Virus record (IMG/VR): IMGVR_UViG_2902767014_000002
Location: 1,964 to 65,963 of that record
From: a virus
Lineage: Duplodnaviria; Caudoviricetes
Length of the DNA stretch: 64,000 nucleotides
Reading direction: 5' to 3' (one strand)
Positions 56,982 to 64,000 of the stretch are shown here, piece by piece (position 1 is the stretch's first letter; each line of letters begins with the position of its first letter). A program made the position numbers and the translations under genes. Under the pieces are notes generated by a model that had not been told where the DNA came from, did not search any database, and saw only the letters and a list, made by a program, of their open reading frames with translations.

Positions 56982-58967
56982 ATGCCAACGACCACCAACT
57001 TCCAGCCCGGCCAGGTTCTGACGCATAACGGGCTAAACAGCGCATTCGCAGCAACGGCAAGTGCCGTGGAAATGGCGGTCTTTGAGAATGGCGTGCCTTC
57101 AGTTGCTGCAATGCAGGCGCTCGACACGCGCATATTTACCACGGTCAAAACGTTGGGGTATCGCGTCCCCGGCGATTCTGGGCACGGAAAGTATTATTTC
57201 GTTCCGACAGCCACTTTGCCGACACCAAACGGTGTCACGGTCTTTCTGTCAAATGATGGTCGCGGCTATTGGCAACTCGTTCACCGCAACGAAATATGGG
57301 TAGAGCAGGCTGGAGCCTACGGCGATGCGCTAGTCACTGGCGGTGGCCACAACGACACTGCGGCGATCCAGGCAGCGATGAACGCGCTTGCACAGAATGC
57401 GGCAGACTCGCGATCTATCTCCACGGCAAGCGCCCCTAACTCCCGCGCGACTGTACTGTTCCGTTCGGGTCGGGCATATCTGTGCGATCAGATGTTCTGG
57501 CGCGCTGGTGTCAGCCTGAAATGCTCTGGCGAAGCGCTCATCGTGCCGAGTGTTGCTGCCGCGAGCGCCGCCGCAACGTTCGCCGGTGACGCTTATACGA
57601 ACACGGCGATCGCTGCCTATGACAGCGCCACGGTAACGGGTGGCGCCTATGCGTTCATGTTTAATCCGCAGGGCATTACGCAGACGCAAAAGGTTGATGG
57701 TGTGTACGTCGAGGGGATTAGCGTGGCTCCGGGCTGGAACTTCGCTGCGCTCGCGGGATCCAGGCCGACTGTTGGCGGATTCGACTTCTCGTACATGGAG
57801 AAGAACTGGGGTGCGACGCGCTTGCGTTGCGCCAACCTTGCCGGGACGGCATTCAACTTTGATGACGCACAGGATGCGAAGGTGGACCGGTGCGAAGCCC
57901 TGCTGTGCGATAACGGCCGGCTCGTGGGATCGAGTCAGTGGAACGCCACGAATGCCGTTGTGTTTCACAAGATGCGGCTTGAGCGGAACATCTACTGCAA
58001 CCACATCAGCTGGAACAAGGGTCATTTCCCCCCGCGCGGCAATATCTACCAGGGCGACAAGATCGAGATCGGCGCGGAAATCAGTTCGACGATGACGCAC
58101 CCGTCGTGCCTGGTCCTCGCGAGCGACGGCGAGGCGCGCATTGGTGTTCACGACGTACCAGGGCAGTTCCCGAACAGCGTTGGAACTCCTATGTGGTCTG
58201 TCGGTTATGGAGGTGTCGGAGCCAGCGTCTATAGCGGATTCTCGATCAAGGGCGGTCTCGCTGAGGCGCCCAGCCCAGGCACCGGCCAGTTCAGCAACTT
58301 TCTGTATCTGGATACCGACGCAACGGTCAACGACTTCACTCAGATAAGTGATCTGCGGATCAACAACATGGCTGATTTCGCCATCAAGGGCAATACGGTC
58401 GTCGAGAACTGCGGAGGTAACACCAATCGATCTCCGGTGATCCGGACCAATGACAATATTCCGCAGGGCAAGCTCAACCACTTCGTGAACACGGCCAACG
58501 CGGCCGCAATCGAGCCGAGCCAGGTATTCGGATATTCGTCGACTTCCGGTCTGCCGAAAACTGCGCGACGCGGACTGGCTACCGTTATTGCAACGCGAAT
58601 TCCGACTGCGGCGCAGTTGCTGGCCGGGCTCGGCGGCATCGTACAGAAGGGTTCGCGTGCGAACGCGCTGGCGGCGACGCTGGCTGTCCCGAACATATCC
58701 GGTCAGGGACAGGATATTGACGTCGTGCTGTACGTTTCGGTGACTGCCGGAACACCGCAAACCGTCGAGCTGCTAACCACTCACGACATCAGCAGTGCAG
58801 CGAATTGGGTTTCGCGCGGAGGCGTCATCACTTTACCGAATCTGACTGCAGTCTTCCCCGTGCCGCTGCGGTTTCACGTGTTGCCTGGGCATTACTGGGG
58901 GATCGTTGTCAACGATACGACTGTTGTGACGATCCCTGGGAATCCGACCGCCATGTACGACTGCTGA
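56982..58967 (+). CDS. Tailspike/depolymerase (pectate-lyase-like beta-helix)
   Basis: TLGY...GDSG.G.Y head domain; GA.GD...NDTAAIQAA start of the beta-helix. Confidence 0.75.
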   Translation: MPTTTNFQPGQVLTHNGLNSAFAATASAVEMAVFENGVPSVAAMQALDTRIFTTVKTLGYRVPGDSGHGKYYFVPTATLPTPNGVTVFLSNDGRGYWQLVHRNEIWVEQAGAYGDALVTGGGHNDTAAIQAAMNALAQNAADSRSISTASAPNSRATVLFRSGRAYLCDQMFWRAGVSLKCSGEALIVPSVAAASAAATFAGDAYTNTAIAAYDSATVTGGAYAFMFNPQGITQTQKVDGVYVEGISVAPGWNFAALAGSRPTVGGFDFSYMEKNWGATRLRCANLAGTAFNFDDAQDAKVDRCEALLCDNGRLVGSSQWNATNAVVFHKMRLERNIYCNHISWNKGHFPPRGNIYQGDKIEIGAEISSTMTHPSCLVLASDGEARIGVHDVPGQFPNSVGTPMWSVGYGGVGASVYSGFSIKGGLAEAPSPGTGQFSNFLYLDTDATVNDFTQISDLRINNMADFAIKGNTVVENCGGNTNRSPVIRTNDNIPQGKLNHFVNTANAAAIEPSQVFGYSSTSGLPKTARRGLATVIATRIPTAAQLLAGLGGIVQKGSRANALAATLAVPNISGQGQDIDVVLYVSVTAGTPQTVELLTTHDISSAANWVSRGGVITLPNLTAVFPVPLRFHVLPGHYWGIVVNDTTVVTIPGNPTAMYDC

Positions 58968-58990
58968 CGCCATATTCCATCCTCTTCACC

Positions 58991-59014
58991 AAGCCGCCTC
59001 CGGGCGGCTTTTTT
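58991..59014 (+). terminator. Intrinsic terminator
   Basis: AAGCCGCC/GGCGGCTT stem followed by a T run. Confidence 0.8.
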
Positions 59015-59023
59015 ATTTCCGCC

Positions 59024-59605
59024 ATGAAAACGACAGACGTACCGCACGAACACCTGCGCAAGGAAAGTGTCGAGGAAGCGAACTACTACCCCGACCATGA
59101 TGAGCGTACCGAGTCGGCCACTTTCCGCAAGACGAAACGAGACGACAAGAAAAAAGGTGCGCGCTGTGCCATCACCGGTCAACAGGTAGATCTTGAGTGG
59201 CATCACGCCACCCTTGAGTGGGCATTCGGCTCGGCCGTGCGGCTCGACATCGTTCGGGACATCGCGCTCGGCAAGATCAAGGAGTTGCCAGTGCTCGACC
59301 CATACACGTGGGAGCCAACGGGAGAAAAGGCACCTGTCGAAGGCTTTCTCATCTACTGGATCGTCCTGTTCTTCAAATGGCGTGGCTTCGACTTTGATGC
59401 GTGGGATCCGGCCGACGCCGAAGCGTTCATCGATAGCCCGCAGGCCATGTTGATTCTGCACAAGCATCTGCACCGGGAGAAGTTTCACGGCGCGCATGCG
59501 ATTACAGGTCCGATCTTTCTGTTGCAAGCGTTTCCGTTCGTAGACGAATTCGTTTTTTCGCCTGATGAGTTGGAAGCTCGTCACAAACCCAAGGAGCATT
59601 CATGA
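59024..59605 (+). CDS. His-rich hypothetical protein (HNH-like?)
   Basis: C.ITG...LEWHH and LHKHLHR...HG.H motifs. Confidence 0.6.
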   Translation: MKTTDVPHEHLRKESVEEANYYPDHDERTESATFRKTKRDDKKKGARCAITGQQVDLEWHHATLEWAFGSAVRLDIVRDIALGKIKELPVLDPYTWEPTGEKAPVEGFLIYWIVLFFKWRGFDFDAWDPADAEAFIDSPQAMLILHKHLHREKFHGAHAITGPIFLLQAFPFVDEFVFSPDELEARHKPKEHS

Positions 59606-59811
59606 ACCAGACGTCAAGCATCCAGACCGGTGCGATCACTCTCACTGCAGCCTCTCTCGTGCCGATCATCGACTGGATCGCGCAAGCCATGCACGTCGTC
59701 ATTCCGATGGAGGCGCAGTTGCAGATTTCGGCGCTCGTCATCACGGCTGGCCACGCTGTCTACAACTACGCGGTCGCTCGCGCCGCAGTCAAACAAGTCA
59801 CCGCGCAGTAA
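59602..59811 (+). CDS. Holin (two TM segments)
   Basis: 69 aa with two hydrophobic helices; ATGA overlap. Confidence 0.65.
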   Translation: MNQTSSIQTGAITLTAASLVPIIDWIAQAMHVVIPMEAQLQISALVITAGHAVYNYAVARAAVKQVTAQ

Positions 59812-59856
59812 CTCTCCCTCGCCGCACCTGCGGCAATCACTTCAGGAAATCCCATC

Positions 59857-60303
59857 ATGAAACGAATCATGCTGCTTGCAGCAGGCCTTGTCCTGTCCAT
59901 CGCTCTCGGTGCATGCTCGACTGCACAACAGACATCGGCTACCGCCGACCTCGCCAAGCTCCAGGCTATCGTGAGCAATGGCTGTCTCGTCGTCCAACCG
60001 ACGCTGACTGCCGTCGCCGCGCTCGATCCTGTTGTGGCCACTGCGGCCACCGCGAACGGACTATTCTGCGCAACGGCTGGCGCTATCACTGTCACTTCGG
60101 TGCAGTCGCTCATCTCGACCGGTATCCCGGCAATCGAAAAGGCGATCACCGACTCGACGCTCGTGCCGGCTGAGCAAAAGCCGATCATCATCGCAGCGAT
60201 CGGCGTGTTTCAGTTGACGGCGGTCAATGCGCTGGCGGTGTACAGCAATGCGGCGGCGGCTACTCCTGCTGCTGCGTCGGCACCGGTCGCAGCGAGCCAG
60301 TAA
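59857..60303 (+). CDS. Lipoprotein with a C-terminal hydrophobic helix (u-spanin candidate)
   Basis: LGAC lipobox with Ser at +2; PIIIAAIGVFQLTAVNALAVY. Confidence 0.65.
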   Translation: MKRIMLLAAGLVLSIALGACSTAQQTSATADLAKLQAIVSNGCLVVQPTLTAVAALDPVVATAATANGLFCATAGAITVTSVQSLISTGIPAIEKAITDSTLVPAEQKPIIIAAIGVFQLTAVNALAVYSNAAAATPAAASAPVAASQ

Positions 60304-60899
60304 TGCAGGCCCGCGACTTCGCGCTGATCGCCCAGGAAGCGTACGTTGCAAAGCCGGATATCGGCAAAGCGGATAGCGCCTCGCGGGCGATCGTGCGGCA
60401 TACGGATGCAGGCTTGGTGGTGGCGTTTCCAGGCTCCGACAATGACGCGTGCTGGGCGACCGACTTCGACGTGCTGACGATCAATGTACCGGACGCCGGA
60501 GAAATCCATCGAGGATTCTGGGCCGCGTGGATGGCGATCGCCGATGATGTTGTGAAGGCGATCGGCAATCAGCCGGTAACGCTGGTTGGGCATTCACTCG
60601 GCGGCGCTTTAGCTATCTGCTGCGCGGTCGCGCTCACGCTCGCCGGAAAGCCACCCGTAGCCGTCTATGGATTCGAAGCCCCGCGCGTCAGCCCCGGTCT
60701 CGGCGTTCGCACTTTGCTCGCGAAGGTTCCGGTATACATTTACAAGTGTGGAAGCGACCCAGTGCCGGATGTTCCGCTGGGCTGGCATCAGTCCGCACTG
60801 GTGACGCATATCGGGCCGCCGGCCACGATCATCCCACGCGTGGCCGACCACATGATCGAACGGGTCATCGATGCCTTTGGCTCAGGCGTCCCGGCCTAG
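60303..60899 (+). CDS. Class 3 lipase (alpha/beta hydrolase)
   Basis: GHSLGG nucleophile elbow, IHRGF, APRV, DPVPDVP. Confidence 0.88.
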   Translation: MQARDFALIAQEAYVAKPDIGKADSASRAIVRHTDAGLVVAFPGSDNDACWATDFDVLTINVPDAGEIHRGFWAAWMAIADDVVKAIGNQPVTLVGHSLGGALAICCAVALTLAGKPPVAVYGFEAPRVSPGLGVRTLLAKVPVYIYKCGSDPVPDVPLGWHQSALVTHIGPPATIIPRVADHMIERVIDAFGSGVPA

Positions 60900-61009
60900 T
60901 CTTAATTCTGCACGAGCCTACAGGCCAACCGCTGTAACCCCGCAATATCGGCGATCGCTTGTATGGGATCGCCCACCCCTCTTTTCTCGCCACTGGCGAC
61001 GATCAATTC

Positions 61010-61315
61010 CTAGCGCCTGCCCTTGTTCGCTTCCATGTGCCGGTAAGCGCGGTCTAGTCTGGCCTCCTGTCGAGGCGTCGTCTGGTTGCTCCGTAAGCAT
61101 GGCTCCTCCGCGAGTTCTCGCTCGAAGCATTGCCAGACCGTACCTGCGACATAGGCAGTCCCATATGATCCAATCATTTGACGGATCTGATCGGCACGCC
61201 TGATCGTGTTGTGCAGGCGATGAATTTCCTGCAGAAGACGCAGGATATTCGGCGTCGGCTCCGCGTCATAAATGGCCGCGAGCTCGTGCGCTGTGAGCGG
61301 CGGATAGATTCTCAT
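61010..61315 (-). CDS. LexA-regulated small protein (antirepressor candidate)
   Basis: ATG 61315 lies 13 nt from the SOS box. Confidence 0.65.
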   Translation of the reverse strand: MRIYPPLTAHELAAIYDAEPTPNILRLLQEIHRLHNTIRRADQIRQMIGSYGTAYVAGTVWQCFERELAEEPCLRSNQTTPRQEARLDRAYRHMEANKGRR

Positions 61316-61328
61316 GGCGGCACAAGTA

Positions 61329-61344
61329 CTGTATGAATGTACAG
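61329..61344. promoter_or_regulatory. LexA (SOS) box CTGTATGAATGTACAG
   Basis: Exact CTGT-N8-ACAG consensus with TA flanks, between two divergent genes. Confidence 0.85.
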
Positions 61345-61408
61345 TAGTATATCCAGGATTTCTCCGATTGCATCTGGAACTATCATTGGATGACTTCGGG
61401 AGACTTCC

Positions 61409-62086
61409 ATGTGCACAGACTACGAGCCGGCTCAGCCCGATCTGTTTGAGGCGTTCACCGATTTCCCGGTGCCGCAGTTCGAATATCCGCGTGAGACCTA
61501 CAAGGATTATGTGGCGCCGATCCTTCGGATGACGGCCGGCGAACGCAGCACCGACCCAGCTACATTCGGCATGGTCCCCCGCAAGCACATTCCTCCTGGC
61601 GTCAAGGTGTTCGACACCATGAATGCGCGCGCTGAGACAATCGGCGAGAAGCGTAGTTTCAGCGGTGCATGGAAGAAGCTGCAGCTCTGCCTGATCCCCT
61701 GCTCGCGGTTCTATGAGCCAAACTATGAGACCGGCAAGCCGGTGCGGTGGCGGATCGGCATGGCGAACGGTCGACCGCTGGCGATCGCCGGGCTATGGCG
61801 CGCATGGGACGATCCGGAGGGGCCGACGCTGTCGTTCACCATGCTCACTGTCAATGCCGACAGCCATCCATTGATGAAACGGTTTCATCGGCCGGGCGCT
61901 GAGAAGCGATCCGTGGTGATCGTGCGGCCGGAGGACTACGGGGACTGGCTATGCTCAAGGTCGACCGACGAAGCTCGGTCGTTCCTAAACCTATACCCGG
62001 CGGAGGAGATGAAGGCTGAAGCGTATCCGTTGCCGCCTCGGAAGCCTAAGGGCGGGGATTCGGACGCTGGATCATTTCTCGAATGA
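61409..62086 (+). CDS. SOS response-associated peptidase (SRAP/YedK-like)
   Basis: N-terminal MC, MNARAET, FYEPN, AGLW, TMLTVNA, FHRPG.EKR motifs. Confidence 0.9.
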   Translation: MCTDYEPAQPDLFEAFTDFPVPQFEYPRETYKDYVAPILRMTAGERSTDPATFGMVPRKHIPPGVKVFDTMNARAETIGEKRSFSGAWKKLQLCLIPCSRFYEPNYETGKPVRWRIGMANGRPLAIAGLWRAWDDPEGPTLSFTMLTVNADSHPLMKRFHRPGAEKRSVVIVRPEDYGDWLCSRSTDEARSFLNLYPAEEMKAEAYPLPPRKPKGGDSDAGSFLE

Positions 62087-62240
62087 GCACATGTCACGTC
62101 AATATCGACAGCGTAGCTTTCGGCGTAGGTTTGCAATCCGAGGCCCGTCAAGCAAGGCAATGACGTTGTTCTGCGAGCATCTGTGGAGGCCGGAAGCCGG
62201 CACGCTGGGTTTCGCCGGGATTGAGGAAGGCCGGCGTATT

Positions 62241-62276
62241 GTATTACGCGTCGATGCCGTATTACGCGTCGATGCC
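62241..62276. repeat. Perfect 18-bp tandem duplication GTATTACGCGTCGATGCC x2
   Basis: Read directly from the sequence. Confidence 0.9.
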
Positions 62277-62440
62277 GACGACGTCGGGCGTTGCGCCATG
62301 GATCGCTTTGCGCGCAAAGGTGCCCGCCGCCGCGCCGACCTGCTAACCTTGACGGGCTCGGCTCGTCGGGTGGGCTGCCGCCGCGCGGCCTCGCTCACCG
62401 ACAAGCGCGCAGCTCGCCTCGTCCGTCAACCGAACCGCCG

Positions 62441-64000
62441 ATGCCGTCACTGTTTCGCCGTCTACTGCTGCTGTTCCATGCGCTGCGTTACGGCGCGCGC
62501 CTGATCTGGCTCGCCGCCCCGCCCGACCACAAACTGCACTGGCTGATCGAGCTGATCGGTCGCGTGCATGCGTCGGAGCGCAGCGGCGCGCAACTGCACG
62601 GCATGCTGCCCGCACTCGGCCCGCTCGCGAGCCGCTTCGCGCAGACGCTCGCCGAGCGCCCCGAACTCGCGGGCAGCACGCTGCACGACGCGCTCGACGC
62701 GATCGATCACATGGAAGCACCGCTGGCGCCAGACGAGTCGGCGCAGGCATTGGCCGACGCCTTCGGCCGGCCGCTCGCCGAACTGTTCAGCGCGGTCGAT
62801 CTCGTGCCGGTGCGCAGCGGCTTTGCCGAGCAGACGCATTTCGCGCGGCTCGCTGTACCGCTCAAAGGCCACCGCGAAGTCGCGATCAAGCTGGTGCGCG
62901 CGCAGCAATTGCAGCAGATCGGCGATGAGCTCGCGCTGCTGCGCTGGGTCGCGCGCTGGCTCGAAAAGCTCTCGCGTGTCGCGCGCCGCCTGCAACTGCG
63001 CGCGCTCGCGCAAACCTTCACCGACGACATCCTGCGTCGCTTCGACCTGCGCGCCGAAGCCGCGAACCTGAGCCAGACCGGCCATCATTTCGACGGCGAC
63101 AAACGCATCGTCATTCCCGACGTGATCTGGGAACTGTGCACCGACCACACGTTGACGATGCAGCGCATCAACACGCTGCCGGCGAGCGACCTGCCCGGCC
63201 TGCATGCGCATCGCATCAAGCTCGCACCGCTCGCCGCGCATATCGTCGAAGTGGTCACCGAGCAGGCGTTCGAACACGGCTTCTTTCACGCGACGCTCGA
63301 TGCGCGCCGGGTGCGCGTCAGCATCGAGCCGGACACGCTCGGGCGCCTCGTGCTCGCGGAGTTTTCGATCATGTCGACGCTCTCGACCGGCGAGCGCGAG
63401 TTCTTCGTGCACGGCGCGACCGCGCTGTTCGACCAGGACTATGGACGACTCGCCGATCTGCATCGCGACGTCGGCCACGTGTCGCCCGACACGCGTCCCG
63501 AGATGCTCGAAGCCGAGTTGCGCACGCGCGCCGAAGCGCACTTCGCGGCCGCGCCGCAGGATCGCTCGGCGGGTTCGCTGTTTCATCATCTGCTGCACGG
63601 TGTGCAGCCGTTCGACGGCCACGTGCCGGGCCGGCTCGCGACCGCGCAGCGCTCGTTCCAGCAGGCGGAAACGCTCGCGCGGGCGCTGCATCCGGGCGTC
63701 GATACATGGAACATCGCGCGCGACGTGCTGGCCGGAATCGCACGACGCGACCTCGATCATCGCGGCTGGCTCAAGCGCATCTCGCACGAACTGCCGCATC
63801 TCGCGCACACGCTGCCGCGGCTGCCACAACTGGCGGTGCGCTATCTGCAACAGCAGCACGATCGCGCGGGCACGCCGCAACAGAACGCGCAACTGCTCGC
63901 GGATCTCGCGCGCGAATACCGGCGCACGCGCTGGCTGTTGTGGGCATGCGTGGTGTGCGGCGGGGTGCTGGGGGTGGGGATGGTTTTGCTGATGGGGTGA
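62441..64000 (+). CDS. Host UbiB/ABC1-family atypical kinase-like protein
   Basis: VAIKLVR, FDL.AEAAN, GFFHA motifs; higher GC, host-like codon usage. Confidence 0.8.
   Translation: MPSLFRRLLLLFHALRYGARLIWLAAPPDHKLHWLIELIGRVHASERSGAQLHGMLPALGPLASRFAQTLAERPELAGSTLHDALDAIDHMEAPLAPDESAQALADAFGRPLAELFSAVDLVPVRSGFAEQTHFARLAVPLKGHREVAIKLVRAQQLQQIGDELALLRWVARWLEKLSRVARRLQLRALAQTFTDDILRRFDLRAEAANLSQTGHHFDGDKRIVIPDVIWELCTDHTLTMQRINTLPASDLPGLHAHRIKLAPLAAHIVEVVTEQAFEHGFFHATLDARRVRVSIEPDTLGRLVLAEFSIMSTLSTGEREFFVHGATALFDQDYGRLADLHRDVGHVSPDTRPEMLEAELRTRAEAHFAAAPQDRSAGSLFHHLLHGVQPFDGHVPGRLATAQRSFQQAETLARALHPGVDTWNIARDVLAGIARRDLDHRGWLKRISHELPHLAHTLPRLPQLAVRYLQQQHDRAGTPQQNAQLLADLAREYRRTRWLLWACVVCGGVLGVGMVLLMG

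Noticed and set aside
62095-62160. tmRNA or tRNA-Cys fragment as attR (GGATTGCAAA on the minus strand)
   Set aside because: No acceptor or T-arm structure and no ANDE-type tag frame.
57330-63892. Long antisense ORFs 57330-58760, 58892-59599 and 62462-63892
   Set aside because: Shadows of the tailspike, the His-rich gene and the host kinase.

Overview
Positions 1 to about 62,090 are most of one temperate prophage with a contractile tail; its left end and integrase lie outside the window. A GC-richer host UbiB/ABC1-family kinase gene follows (62441-64000). The host looks like a Burkholderiaceae member, but this is an inference. Layout: (i) a leftward early operon (1-15,250) with Lar-like anti-restriction, a C5 methyltransferase, ASCH-like, HNH and DUF1566 proteins, a YqaJ exonuclease and a tRNA; (ii) an immunity region (LysR moron, RelE-like gene pair, cI/cro/cII-like); (iii) a rightward replication/nin/Q operon; (iv) a structured late leader with tRNA-Thr; (v) terminase, head, tail and baseplate genes; (vi) three fibre/spike-like genes, an unusual lysis cassette (endolysin, holin, lipoprotein, class 3 lipase), and a LexA-boxed SRAP locus. 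Main highlights: (1) a decapitated diversity-generating retroelement, with two DUF1566 target genes whose 92-nt 3' ends differ only at codon positions 1 and 2, and an unannotated 47-codon ORF resembling an RT C-terminus, where an HNH gene replaces the expected avd-TR-RT; (2) a C5 methyltransferase split over two fully overlapping reading frames; (3) a recurring TGACRG-stem-GAAAGA hairpin and a tRNA with an aberrant anticodon loop; (4) a cI without a peptidase domain plus a distant LexA-controlled antirepressor candidate; (5) a signal-peptide-bearing tail-fibre-like protein and a u-spanin/lipase-like lysis module. All family assignments come from motif recognition, not database searches.
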